Positions 9,532 through 19,172 of a DNA stretch of 62,895 nt are shown here, piece by piece. The notes beneath the pieces are model-generated. The model worked only from the letters and a program-made list of their open reading frames with translations. It searched no databases and was not told where the DNA came from. Source of the DNA: Nitrospirota bacterium (GTDB lineage: Bacteria; Nitrospirota; Nitrospiria; 2-01-FULL-66-17); the NCBI GenBank assembly GCA_016201825.1, contig JACQCD010000085.1, forward strand, positions 1 to 62,895. The letters are read 5' to 3'. Positions within the stretch are counted from its first letter, which is position 1. Each line of letters opens with the position of its first letter. The position numbers and the translations under genes are program-made.

Positions 9532-9664
9532 GTAGGGGCGAGGCGGTGCCTCGCCCTGATCCGTCGGTCCATCAAGAGAGGGCGACCCACCGGAACCTGT
9601 GCCGTGCCGAAGGCACGGAATGCCAAATGGGCCTTCCTCACAGGTGGCGAAGCAACGCCCCTAC
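9532..9664. repeat. Inverted pair of GTAG-type REP palindromes (REPIN/BIME-like)
   Basis: GTAG-GGGCGAGGC-GGT-GCCTCGCCC at 9532-9556; opposite-strand GTAGGGGCG-TTGCTT-CGCC ending at 9664; internal hairpin CCGTGCC-GAA-GGCACGG at 9602-9618. Confidence 0.7.
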
Positions 9665-9676
9665 GCGGGTTGAAAC

Positions 9677-10741
9677 GTGATGTCGCTGCTCGTTCAGATT
9701 CCATTGATGATGGCCTCCGGTCTTTACGGCGCCGGGGTCGGAGTCCGTGCGTGGTGGTATCGGCGCGCCGGAGGACGTGTCCACACGCTGGGCCGGCCGG
9801 TGGTGTCGGTGGGCAATCTGACCGTGGGCGGGACCGGCAAGACCCCGCTGGTCATCGCGATCGGAGACGCGCTGCTGGCGCGCGGGGTCGACGTGACGGT
9901 CTTGAGCCGAGGGTATGGGGGAGCGCTGGAACGAGTCGGTGGGCTGGTCTCCGACGGCTCCGGCCGGCGCCCGCTCGACTGGACCGACGCCGGGGATGAG
10001 CCCGCGCTGATCGCTCGGCGGCTCCCACGGGCCGCCGTGATTGTGGGCCGCGATCGCGCGTCCGCGTGGTCGCGGTTCGGGCGCGCCCGCCCGCCGGGCG
10101 TGTGCCTGTTGGACGACGGGTTTCAACACCTGGCGATCGCCCGCGACGAGGATCTCCTCGTGTTGGATGCCACCGAGTCGTACGCGGACGCGGCGCTCTT
10201 GCCGCGCGGTCGGCTGCGCGAGCCGCTGGGCGCGCTGGCGCGCGCGTCTGCGGTCGTCGTCACGCGCGTGGACCAGGCGGCGCCGGGCGCGGTGGAGGCG
10301 ATCGACGCGCTGGTCCGGCGCGTCCGCTCCGACGTCCCGATGTTTTACGCCCGGTTTGCGCTCTCCAGTCTGGCCGCGGTCGGCGCAGGGGGCACGGCCC
10401 CGTTAGACCGCCTGGCGGGCGCCCGCGTCGTGGCGGTCGCCGGTATCGGCCGCTTCAAATCGTTTGTTTCGCTCTTGGAGCGCGCCGGGGCGAAGGTGGT
10501 CGCGACCCTGCGCTTTCGCGACCACTACCCCTACCGGCGCGCCGACGTCGACGCCGTGCGGGCGCGCTGCCGCTCGGTCGGCGCCGATTTTGCGGTGACG
10601 ACGGAGAAAGACGCCGTCAAACTGGAAGCGTTGGTCGCGTCCGGTGAGGCCCTGTGGGCGGTGAGGATGGACGTGCAGGTGGAGGACGCCTTGGCGTGGA
10701 GCGCGTGGCTCGATCGGGTGGCGCGGCTGGTGGCGGCGTGA
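9677..10741 (+). CDS. lpxK: Tetraacyldisaccharide 4'-kinase
   Basis: VVSVGNLTVGGTGKTP, LSRGYG, GDEP, LLDDGFQH, LLPRGRLREP, FRDHY, TTEKDAVK. Confidence 0.96.
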   Translation: MMSLLVQIPLMMASGLYGAGVGVRAWWYRRAGGRVHTLGRPVVSVGNLTVGGTGKTPLVIAIGDALLARGVDVTVLSRGYGGALERVGGLVSDGSGRRPLDWTDAGDEPALIARRLPRAAVIVGRDRASAWSRFGRARPPGVCLLDDGFQHLAIARDEDLLVLDATESYADAALLPRGRLREPLGALARASAVVVTRVDQAAPGAVEAIDALVRRVRSDVPMFYARFALSSLAAVGAGGTAPLDRLAGARVVAVAGIGRFKSFVSLLERAGAKVVATLRFRDHYPYRRADVDAVRARCRSVGADFAVTTEKDAVKLEALVASGEALWAVRMDVQVEDALAWSAWLDRVARLVAA

Positions 10742-11799
10742 AGGCCGATCGGGCGTGGCGCGCGGTTCGCGAGGCGAAGGCGATCGTGGTGCGCGCGCCG
10801 AACTGGATCGGAGACGCCGTCATGGCGACGCCCGCCCTGTCGGCGCTGCGCGCGGGGTGTCCCGATGTTCCGATCACGGTCTTGGCCAAACCGCTGATCG
10901 CGGAAGTCCTGACCCATCACCCCGCGGTCGACGAGATCCTGGTCGACGAAATCCCGGGTCGGCACGCCGGTCCCTCCGGGCGGCTTCGGCTGGCGGCCGA
11001 GATTCGCGCGCGGCGGTTCGACGCCGCATTGCTGCTGACCAATTCATTCGGCTCCGCGCTCGTCATGGCCCTGGCGCGCGTCCCGTGCCGGATCGGCTAC
11101 CGCACCGATGGCCGCTCGATGTGGCTGACCGTGCCGGTCCCCAAACCTTCGCGGGCCCGAGCGCAGCATCTGACCGCGTATTACCTCGAGCTGCTGGCGC
11201 CGTGGAGCCTCGGCGGCTCTCCGACGGACGTTCGGTTATGCGTGACCGAGGACGAGCGGGCCCAGGCCGGGCGGCGGTTGGCGGAGTGGGGGATCGCCCG
11301 TGATGAACCGGTCGTGGGCCTCAACCCCGGCGCGGCGTACGGTCCGGCCAAGCGCTGGCCCGCCCAGCGGTACGCCGAGGTCGCGCGCCGCCTGGTGGTC
11401 GACGGCGCGCGGGTGGTGCTGTTCGGCGACGCGTCCGAACGCTCGCTGGGCGATGCGATCGCCGCGGGCCTCGACCCCGCTCCCGTGAACGCGATGGGGC
11501 GCACCACCCTGCGGGAATCGATGGCCTTGATGACGTGGTGTCGCCACCTCGTGACCAACGACTCCGGCCCGATGCACCTGGCCGCGGCGCTCGGCGTGCC
11601 CGTCACGGCGATCTTCGGTCCGACCGATCCGCGCGCGACCGGTCCGGTCGGCGAGCACGCCACGGTGATCCGGCATCCGGTCGACTGTGCCCCCTGTCGG
11701 TATCGCGAGTGCCCCATCGACCACCGGTGCATGACCGCCGTGTCGGCGGCGGAGGTGTACGCAACCGTGGCTCCCCGACTGGAGGGACTCCGCCGATGA
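10738..11799 (+). CDS. waaF: LPS heptosyltransferase II (GT9)
   Basis: RAPNWIGDAVMA, NPGAAYGPAKRWP, TNDSGPMHLAAA; GTG overlaps the lpxK stop. Confidence 0.92.
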   Translation: MKADRAWRAVREAKAIVVRAPNWIGDAVMATPALSALRAGCPDVPITVLAKPLIAEVLTHHPAVDEILVDEIPGRHAGPSGRLRLAAEIRARRFDAALLLTNSFGSALVMALARVPCRIGYRTDGRSMWLTVPVPKPSRARAQHLTAYYLELLAPWSLGGSPTDVRLCVTEDERAQAGRRLAEWGIARDEPVVGLNPGAAYGPAKRWPAQRYAEVARRLVVDGARVVLFGDASERSLGDAIAAGLDPAPVNAMGRTTLRESMALMTWCRHLVTNDSGPMHLAAALGVPVTAIFGPTDPRATGPVGEHATVIRHPVDCAPCRYRECPIDHRCMTAVSAAEVYATVAPRLEGLRR

Positions 11800-12383
11800 C
11801 ACCGGGGGATGCGGAGCCCCGGATGCGAGGTGCTCGTCTTGAGGTGGTGTTCCTCGACCGGGACGGAACGCTCAACCGAGACGACGAAGGATATCTCGCC
11901 GACCCCGACCGAGTCGTGCTCCTCCCGGGCGCGGTGGAGGCGGTGAGGTCGCTGAACGCGGCGGGGATCAAAGCGGTGGTCGTGACCAATCAATCCGGGA
12001 TTGGTCGCGGGTTGATCACGGAGGAGGCCCTGAGCCGCATTCATGAGCGGTTGATCGCGTTGCTCGCGGCCGGCGGCGCGATGCTCGACGGGATCTTTGT
12101 GTGTCCCCATCGGCCCGAACACGGATGCCCCTGCCGGAAGCCGGGCACCGAGCTGGCCCTCCAGGCGGCCCGTCACTTGGGGGTGGATCCCTCGCGCTCC
12201 GCGATGATCGGCGACCTACCGGCGGACGTGGCGCTGGCGCATCGACTCGGCGGCCGGGCGGTGCTGGTCCTCACCGGACATGGGAGGCGAACCGACGTGG
12301 AGTGGGCGGATGAACCGCGGCCGCATTATATTGCGAACGACGTCTACGACGGAGTACAATGGCTCATTTTGAGCCAGGACTGA
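11796..12383 (+). CDS. gmhB: D,D-heptose 1,7-bisphosphate phosphatase
   Basis: FLDRDGTL, TNQSGIGRG, CPHRPEHGCPCRKP, MIGD. Confidence 0.93.
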   Translation: MTPGDAEPRMRGARLEVVFLDRDGTLNRDDEGYLADPDRVVLLPGAVEAVRSLNAAGIKAVVVTNQSGIGRGLITEEALSRIHERLIALLAAGGAMLDGIFVCPHRPEHGCPCRKPGTELALQAARHLGVDPSRSAMIGDLPADVALAHRLGGRAVLVLTGHGRRTDVEWADEPRPHYIANDVYDGVQWLILSQD

Positions 12384-13489
12384 TGCCGACGTCTTCTGCG
12401 AACGCCCGGCCCGTGGTAGGATCCGCCCCTCGGATTGCGGTGGTGAAGTTGGGCGCGCTGGGGGACGGCTTGTACACGTTTCCGGTCGTGTCCGCTCTCA
12501 AGGCGTTTCGACCGCGGGCCACGATTACCTGGGTGGTTGAAGAACGCCTGCGCGATCTGCCGCGCCTGCATCCCGCGGTGGACGAGATCGTGACGATCGA
12601 TACGCGGGGGTGGCGCCTCGCGGCTCGGCGCGGGCGGTGGGCGACCGCGTGGCGGGGGATCGCCGGCTACTACCGGAGCGTGGCGGGTCGCTTCGACGTG
12701 GTCCTCGACGTCCAGGGGCTGCTCAAGAGCGGCGTCGCGGCATGGCTGACGGGGGCTCCGGTGCGCATCGGGTTTGCGCCGGAGGACTGCCGGGAACCGC
12801 TGAGCGCGCGCCTCATGACGCACCACGCCGCGCCCGCGGGACGAGTCCACGCCCTGACGAGGAACCTCGGTCTGCTGGGCGCGTTGGGCGCGCCGATCGG
12901 GCCGCCCCGGGTTGATGTGGTTCCGGCGCCGGCGGACGAGACCTGGGCGGCGGAGCGTCTGGCGGCGCACGGGATCGAGCGGGACGATCAACTCGCGGCG
13001 ATCCATCCCGGAGCGGGACACCCGGCGAAGCGATGGGCGTTCGGCCGCTTTCTTTCGCTCGCGGAGCGGCTGGGACGGGTCCCAGGGGTTCGCGCGGTGC
13101 TCGTGGCGGGGCCGGAGGACCGCGCGGCGGTCGAGGAGGCCGCAACGCGGATGGCATCGCCCCCGGCGGTCATCGCGCCGCCGAGCCTCGGGAACCTGGC
13201 GGCGCTGCTGCGGCGGTGCCGGGTGGTGATCGCGGGCGACACGGGCCCCTTGCATCTGGCGGCCGCGCTCGGCGTGAGGACGGTGGCGCTGTATGGGCCG
13301 TCCGATCCCGTTCTGGCCGCCCCCGTTGGGACCGGTCACCGGGTCATCAAGTACCCGTGCGCGTGCGGCTGGACGCCGGGCCCGTTTTTCAACCGCCGGT
13401 GCGTCGACCCGCCGTGCATGGCCGCGATCGGGATCGACGAGGTGTGTGACGTCACCGAGCAGGCGCTGGCGGCCGCGGCGGTCGCGTGA
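12383..13489 (+). CDS. GT9 heptosyltransferase (WaaC-like)
   Basis: VKLGALGD, DVQGLLKSG, HPGAGHPAKRW, GDTGPLHLAAA. Confidence 0.85.
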   Translation: MPTSSANARPVVGSAPRIAVVKLGALGDGLYTFPVVSALKAFRPRATITWVVEERLRDLPRLHPAVDEIVTIDTRGWRLAARRGRWATAWRGIAGYYRSVAGRFDVVLDVQGLLKSGVAAWLTGAPVRIGFAPEDCREPLSARLMTHHAAPAGRVHALTRNLGLLGALGAPIGPPRVDVVPAPADETWAAERLAAHGIERDDQLAAIHPGAGHPAKRWAFGRFLSLAERLGRVPGVRAVLVAGPEDRAAVEEAATRMASPPAVIAPPSLGNLAALLRRCRVVIAGDTGPLHLAAALGVRTVALYGPSDPVLAAPVGTGHRVIKYPCACGWTPGPFFNRRCVDPPCMAAIGIDEVCDVTEQALAAAAVA

Positions 13490-13522
13490 CCGCCGCCGGC
13501 TCACGCTGGGGAAGGAGCAATG

Positions 13523-13690
13523 ATGGCAATCGATCGAGCGTTGCTGGACATTCTGGTGTGTCCCAAGTGCAAGGGGGACCTTCGGCTGACCGACCAGGGG
13601 GACGGTCTGGTCTGTGCGGCGTGCCGGTTGAGGTACCCCATCAAGGACGACATCCCGGTGATGTTGATCGACGAGGCGGTGCGTCTCTGA
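13523..13690 (+). CDS. Trm112/YcaR-family small protein (55 aa; missed by the ORF track)
   Basis: [20 protein letters not shown]...[24 protein letters not shown]; RBS AAGGAG at 13512-13517. Confidence 0.9.
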   Translation: MAIDRALLDILVCPKCKGDLRLTDQGDGLVCAACRLRYPIKDDIPVMLIDEAVRL

Positions 13691-13701
13691 CACGACCGAC
13701 G

Positions 13702-14250
13702 ATGTGGCCGCGCATCCGACACTACCTGGGCTATCACCGCGTCCCGATTAGTTTCGGCTTGGGCCTGCTCTTCTGGATGTTGGCGTCCCCGACGTGGCGT
13801 TCGATCGCGCTCGGCCTGCCGATCGTGGCGGCGGGCGAGGGGCTGCGGATTTGGTCGTCGGGCACGCTGGAGAAGAACGTCGCCATCGCCAGCGCCGGGC
13901 CATACGCCTACACGAGGAACCCCCTGTACCTGGGCAACTTTTTCATCGGATTGGGATTCGTGCTGATGGGCGGCAACCCGTGGTTGATCGGCCTGTATCT
14001 GGTCGTGTTCCCGATGGTGTACGTCCCCACGGTGCTCGAAGAAGAGCGCTTCCTTCGCGGGAAGTTCGGTGCACCCTACGAGGCCTACCTCCGGCGGGTG
14101 CCGAGATTCTTTCCGACCCGGTCGGTGACGCCGCAGCGCACCGGCCAGTTTCGGTGGGGGTTGGTCAAGGATCACCGCGAGTACCGGACCTGGTATGGCT
14201 TGGGTGCCGGCCTCGCGGCCGTGCTCCTCCGAGCGATCCTGGTCGCGTAG
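13702..14250 (+). CDS. Isoprenylcysteine carboxyl methyltransferase (Ste14/ICMT)-family membrane methyltransferase
   Basis: GEGLRIWS, GPYAYTRNPLYLG, EERFLRGKFG, YEAYLRRVPRFFP. Confidence 0.88.
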   Translation: MWPRIRHYLGYHRVPISFGLGLLFWMLASPTWRSIALGLPIVAAGEGLRIWSSGTLEKNVAIASAGPYAYTRNPLYLGNFFIGLGFVLMGGNPWLIGLYLVVFPMVYVPTVLEEERFLRGKFGAPYEAYLRRVPRFFPTRSVTPQRTGQFRWGLVKDHREYRTWYGLGAGLAAVLLRAILVA

Positions 14251-14257
14251 GGGCGGT

Positions 14258-15037
14258 GTGAGCCGAATCTCGGTCACTATCATCACACTCAACGAAGCCG
14301 CGAACATTCGCGAGTGCCTTGAGAGCGTGCGGTGGGCGGATGAAATCGTCGTGGTCGATTCCGAGAGCCGCGACGACACGGTGAAAATCAGTCGCGAGTT
14401 CACGGACCGCGTGTTCGTCAATCCGTGGCCGGGCCACCAAGAGCAGAAGAACGTGGCGGTGGACAAGGCGACGGGGCCGTGGATTTTCAGCTTGGATGCG
14501 GATGAGCGAGTAACGCCGGCCCTCGCCGAAGAAATTCGGCGGATGGTGGCGGAGCCGGGCGCGCTCGAGGCGTACGACATGCCCCGGAAAAACTATTTTC
14601 TCGGCCGATGGATGCGGCACGGCGGCTGGTGGCCCGATCGGGTCATCCGGCTCTTCCAAAAGGAGCGGGGCCGATTCGGGGGCATCAACCCCCACGACCG
14701 GGTGATCGTCGACGGCCGGCTGGGAAGGCTGGAGCATCCCCTCATCCATCATACGTATCGAAGCTTCGCGCAGTATATCGACAAGCAACACAGCTATGCG
14801 GTGATCGGAGCCCGCGAACTCCTGAAGCGCCGAGGAGGACGGCGGCGGACGGCGGCGGCGATGATCGCCAAGGGCATGACGAAGTTCGCCGAGGTGTACC
14901 TGCTGAAACGGGGCGCCTTGGACGGGATGCACGGCCTGATCGCGGCGATGGGCGCGTCGTATTTCGCCTTTTTGCGACAGGCCTTGGTGTGGGAGCTTCA
15001 GGCTCGCGACCGCGCCCGAACGCCCGGAGGGTCGTGA
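14258..15037 (+). CDS. GT2 glycosyltransferase (KdtX/WaaE beta-1,4-glucosyltransferase-like)
   Basis: ISVTIITLNE, VVDSESRDDT, LDADERVT, GGWWPD. Confidence 0.88.
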   Translation: MSRISVTIITLNEAANIRECLESVRWADEIVVVDSESRDDTVKISREFTDRVFVNPWPGHQEQKNVAVDKATGPWIFSLDADERVTPALAEEIRRMVAEPGALEAYDMPRKNYFLGRWMRHGGWWPDRVIRLFQKERGRFGGINPHDRVIVDGRLGRLEHPLIHHTYRSFAQYIDKQHSYAVIGARELLKRRGGRRRTAAAMIAKGMTKFAEVYLLKRGALDGMHGLIAAMGASYFAFLRQALVWELQARDRARTPGGS

Positions 15038-16395
15038 GCGCGAGATCGGCCTCCGTGGCGGCGGCGGTCCTGGTCGGTCTGATCGCGGGCTGCGCGGGGG
15101 AGCGGGATGCGGCGAGGCCGGCCGGGATGGACGGTCTCTCGGAGCCGGTCGAGGCGGAGCGATTGTGGGAGAAGGCGGTGTGGCACGAGCGCACCATCGG
15201 GATTCGCCACCTGACGGCGGAAGGGTTGTTGGCGTATCAGGCCGATGCCACCCGGTCGGCGGACGACGGCGTCCGGCCCACGGCCTACTCCGACATGGCG
15301 ATTTGGAGCGGGCTCTACCTGGCCGCCGAGGCGCTGCGCGCGGCGGTCACGGCCGATCCCGAGGCGCGGCATCGCGTCGAGCGGCTGGTGGCCGGCCTGT
15401 CGCTCCTGCAAGACATTACCCGAACCCCTGGCTTGCTTGCCCGGGCGGTCCAGCCCCTCGTGGATCCTCCTGACCCCCTCCCGGATTGGCGAGCGGGGGA
15501 GGGTGACTACCGGGGATATCGCTGGTTGGGGAACGTGAGCGTCGATCAGGTGCTCGGCGTGGTCTACGGCTACGGCCTGGCGTTCGATCTCGATGAGGAT
15601 CCGGTCCGGCGGCGCGCAATCGCCCGGCGCGTGACCGACATCGCCGACCACCTCGCGGCGCACGGCATGACGATCGTGGATACCACGGGCAAGCGGGTCA
15701 AACACGGCGACTTGAGCCCGGGGTGGACCTCGGAGAATCTCAACGCGCTGATTGCGCTGGCCCTCTTCAAGACGGCGGTTCACGTGTCGCCCGAGGGGCC
15801 GTACCAACGGATCTACCGTGATCTTATCGACCGCCACGGCTACGCTCGGCGGGCCCGGGCGGCGCGCGACCGATGGTGGGAGCACCTGACGGGGGTGAAT
15901 CATTCGGATAATAATCTGGCCATGCTCGCCTACGACGTGTTGCTCCGCTACGAAGACGATGCGAATCTTCGTGAACAATACCGAGCAGGGCTTGAGCGCA
16001 CGTGGCGGGTGGTGCGGTCCGAACGGAACGCGTTGTTCACCTACATCGCGAGATCCGGCGGCGTGGCCGTCGGCGGCGACGCGTTGGCGAGCGCCCAACG
16101 GACGTTGCTCGAGTTTCCGCTCGATCAGCGCGATGAGCCGGTGGTCAACAGCACGCGCGAGGACGTCTGTCTTTCGCCTCGCCGCGACCGCTCGGGCGAC
16201 CTGCAAGCCTGCGCGCCGCTTCCGGTCTCCGAGCGACCGCGCGGGCCGTTCGAGTGGAACGAGAATCCCTACCGGCTGGACCGGCTCGGTGCCGGGAGCC
16301 AAGCGTACAGCGGGCTCGGCTACGTGCTGGCCTATTGGATGGGACGGCAGCGGGGGCTGATCCCGGCGCCCGCCGAGCCACGGGAGCCGGGATGA
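15034..16395 (+). CDS. Uncharacterised lipoprotein (453 aa)
   Basis: Signal peptide with lipobox LIAG-C; helical, aromatic-rich body; overlaps both neighbours (GTGA/ATGA). Confidence 0.75.
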   Translation: MSARSASVAAAVLVGLIAGCAGERDAARPAGMDGLSEPVEAERLWEKAVWHERTIGIRHLTAEGLLAYQADATRSADDGVRPTAYSDMAIWSGLYLAAEALRAAVTADPEARHRVERLVAGLSLLQDITRTPGLLARAVQPLVDPPDPLPDWRAGEGDYRGYRWLGNVSVDQVLGVVYGYGLAFDLDEDPVRRRAIARRVTDIADHLAAHGMTIVDTTGKRVKHGDLSPGWTSENLNALIALALFKTAVHVSPEGPYQRIYRDLIDRHGYARRARAARDRWWEHLTGVNHSDNNLAMLAYDVLLRYEDDANLREQYRAGLERTWRVVRSERNALFTYIARSGGVAVGGDALASAQRTLLEFPLDQRDEPVVNSTREDVCLSPRRDRSGDLQACAPLPVSERPRGPFEWNENPYRLDRLGAGSQAYSGLGYVLAYWMGRQRGLIPAPAEPREPG

Positions 16396-17240
16396 AGGTC
16401 AGCGGCTTTACCTTTTGTCGCGACGCGGTGCGGTTCGATTATCCCCTCGTGGAGTCGATCCGGTCGATCCTGCCGATCGTGGACGAGTACGTCGTGAACG
16501 TCGGGAAGTCTGACGACGCCACGCTGGAGCTCGTGCGGTCGATCGGCGATCCCAAGATCCGTATCATCGAATCGATCTGGGACGAGTCGCTGCGAAAGGA
16601 CGGTCTCATCTTCTCGCAACAAACCAATCTCGCGCTGGCCCAGTGCGTCGGGGATTGGGCGTTTTATCTTCAGGCGGATGAAGTCGTCCACGAGGAGGAT
16701 CTGCCTCGGATTCTGGCGGCCATGCAACAGCATCTCGCCGATCAGCGGGTCCTGGGGTTGCTCTTCCGGTATCTCCACTTTAAGGGCGATTATCAGTCGA
16801 TTGATCCGTGGATGTACCGTCGCGAAATTCGCGTGATTCGGAACAATGGAGCCGTCCGTTCCTGGGGCGATGCGACGGGGTTTGCCTGTTCGGGCCCGAG
16901 CGGCGAGCAGGGCCTGAAGCCGCAGACAGCCACGTGGCGCCAGACCGGGGCGAGGATCTTCCACTATGGTTGGGTGAAGGATCCCAGGACCCTCGTCCAA
17001 AAGAAACGGACGCAGATCACCTACCACCACGACGCGGCGATTCCCGCCCACGATCGGGTGTTTTTCGACTGCGACGAGTACGGCTTTGATCAGTACGCCA
17101 TTCTGAAGGAATATCGGGGCAGCCATCCCGCGGTGATGGCCGCCCGGGTCGCGGGGCTGCCCCGCTTGGCTCGGCGAAGAAACCGGTGGCTGAGTTCCCG
17201 TTTTTATCGCGAGGTGCTCCGGCATGGTTTTAAGGGCTAA
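16392..17240 (+). CDS. GT2 glycosyltransferase
   Basis: MKVSGFTF, VVNVGKSDD, YLQADEVVHE, FHYGWV. Confidence 0.85.
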   Translation: MKVSGFTFCRDAVRFDYPLVESIRSILPIVDEYVVNVGKSDDATLELVRSIGDPKIRIIESIWDESLRKDGLIFSQQTNLALAQCVGDWAFYLQADEVVHEEDLPRILAAMQQHLADQRVLGLLFRYLHFKGDYQSIDPWMYRREIRVIRNNGAVRSWGDATGFACSGPSGEQGLKPQTATWRQTGARIFHYGWVKDPRTLVQKKRTQITYHHDAAIPAHDRVFFDCDEYGFDQYAILKEYRGSHPAVMAARVAGLPRLARRRNRWLSSRFYREVLRHGFKG

Positions 17241-17988
17241 GCCGACGGTCTCGGCGGTCGTCATCACCTTCAACGAGGAACAGAACGTTGGCGGTTGCCT
17301 CGAGAGCCTTCGTTGGGTTGACGACCTTGTGGTGGTCGACTCCGAGAGCCGGGACGGGACCGTGGCGGTTGCCAGGAAGTTCACTGACAAAGTCTTTGTC
17401 CGACCGTGGCCGGGGTTTGCCGCCCAGCGGAATTTCGGTATGGCTCAGACGACCGGGGACTGGATCGTGATCCTCGACGCCGACGAGCGTGTGACGCGAG
17501 AAGCCGAGCGTGAGATCACGCGGTGGCTCGCAACGCCTGAAGCGGAGCGGGTCAATGCGGCCCAGGTTCCAAGACGGAATTACTTTTTCGGGAGATGGCT
17601 GCGGTTCGGTGGCGCGTACCCCGATCTGCAGTGGAGGCTGTTCCGGAACGGCAAGATCCGCTACGACGAGCACACCTTGGATACCCCGATCATCGACGGT
17701 CCCGCCACGGTTCTCACCCAACCGTTTGACCATTTCACGGGCCAGACCTTGGCCGATCGCATCCGGAAGATCCAGCGCGAAACCGACTACAAGGCAAGGG
17801 AGCGACTGACCGATAAGCGGACGGTGTTCTGGTCCGATCTTCTGTTTCGGCCCCTCGCGACGTTTTTGAAAGTCTATGTGGTCAAACAAGGGTTCCGCGA
17901 CGGGATCGAGGGATTGCTGTACAGCGCCCTGGCCGGATTCTACACCTACGTCCGCTACGTGAAGCTCTGGGAGTTGGTTCGTGGGTGA
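17224..17988 (+). CDS. GT2 glycosyltransferase (KdtX-like)
   Basis: SAVVITFNEE, VVDSES, LDADERVT. Confidence 0.87.
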   Translation: MVLRAKPTVSAVVITFNEEQNVGGCLESLRWVDDLVVVDSESRDGTVAVARKFTDKVFVRPWPGFAAQRNFGMAQTTGDWIVILDADERVTREAEREITRWLATPEAERVNAAQVPRRNYFFGRWLRFGGAYPDLQWRLFRNGKIRYDEHTLDTPIIDGPATVLTQPFDHFTGQTLADRIRKIQRETDYKARERLTDKRTVFWSDLLFRPLATFLKVYVVKQGFRDGIEGLLYSALAGFYTYVRYVKLWELVRG

Positions 17989-19108
17989 TCCCCTCAAGAT
18001 CCTCTACATCCACCGGTCCACCGGAGCGACCTACGGCGGGGCGTTGGTGGACCTGGTGCGGGTGTTGGAGCGACTCGACCGGACCGCGTTCGAGCCGATG
18101 GTGCTCCTCTCGCTGGGGGATGTGCACGCGGAGCGATTTCGGAAGATCGGGCTGTGTCCGATCCACGTTCCCCTTCCCGCCTTTCGCAAGGCGAAATCGC
18201 TTCTTTGGTTGCCGTTCGCGGTGTCTCGCCTTGCGAAGGTGCTGGTTCGCGAGCGGGTCGATCTGGTTCACGTCAACGATGCGGATGACGCGGGGATTGC
18301 GACCTGGGCGTGCCGGCGGACCGGAATTCCTTGCGTGGTCCACGTTCGGAGCGAGATGGAGCCCGAGAAATTTGCAAAGCTCCGCGTGCACCGAGCGGAT
18401 GGCGTGCTGGCGGTCTCCGAGGCGGTGCGGAGCGCGGCGATTGCGGGCGGGGTGGAGGAAGACCGAATGAGGATTTCCTCCAGTGGGTGTGACGTGCCGG
18501 CCATCGAGCGCGCGTCGACGGCGTTTTCCGCCAGAGCCCGACTGGGCATTCCGCCGGATGCCCTGGTCATCGGGAGCGTGGCCAACATCGCGCCCACCAA
18601 GGGCTATCGCGACTTCATCGAGGCCTTCTGCCAAGTCGCCCGCCAGATGTCGGTGTACGGGATCATCGTGGGGGCGGATGATCACGGCATGCGGAAAGAC
18701 CTGATCGCCCAGGCGGCTCAGGCAGGATATGAGGACCGGCTGCGGTTCGTCGGATTTCAGGAGAATGTCTTTCCATTTATCGCGGCGATGGATCTGTTCG
18801 TCCTGGCGTCTCTGCACGAGGGGTTCGGGATCGTGCTGCTTGAAGCGATGGCGCTGGAGCGGTCCGTGATCGCCACCGACGTGCAGGGGCCGCGCGAGAT
18901 CATCCTTCCGGGCGAGACGGGAGTGCTCGTGCCCCCGGCGGCCGCCGAGACGTTGGGGAAAGCCATCCTCTCGTTGCTGGGAAACGGCCCGCTCCGGAAG
19001 GCCATGGGCCAGGCGGGAAGGCGCCGCGTCGTGGAGCGGTTTTCCTTAGACGCGCAAGTCCGGGAATGGGAGTCGACGTATCGGTTCCTGGTGAACGGGG
19101 TCCGATGA
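17981..19108 (+). CDS. GT4 glycosyltransferase
   Basis: DLFVLASLHEGFGIVLLEAMA. Confidence 0.9.
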   Translation: MGDPLKILYIHRSTGATYGGALVDLVRVLERLDRTAFEPMVLLSLGDVHAERFRKIGLCPIHVPLPAFRKAKSLLWLPFAVSRLAKVLVRERVDLVHVNDADDAGIATWACRRTGIPCVVHVRSEMEPEKFAKLRVHRADGVLAVSEAVRSAAIAGGVEEDRMRISSSGCDVPAIERASTAFSARARLGIPPDALVIGSVANIAPTKGYRDFIEAFCQVARQMSVYGIIVGADDHGMRKDLIAQAAQAGYEDRLRFVGFQENVFPFIAAMDLFVLASLHEGFGIVLLEAMALERSVIATDVQGPREIILPGETGVLVPPAAAETLGKAILSLLGNGPLRKAMGQAGRRRVVERFSLDAQVREWESTYRFLVNGVR

Positions 19109-19172
19109 CCGCCCTCCTTCTAAGGGCGTCCACCGCGGATCGACTCCGGGTTGGAGGGTAAGGGCGCACGCG

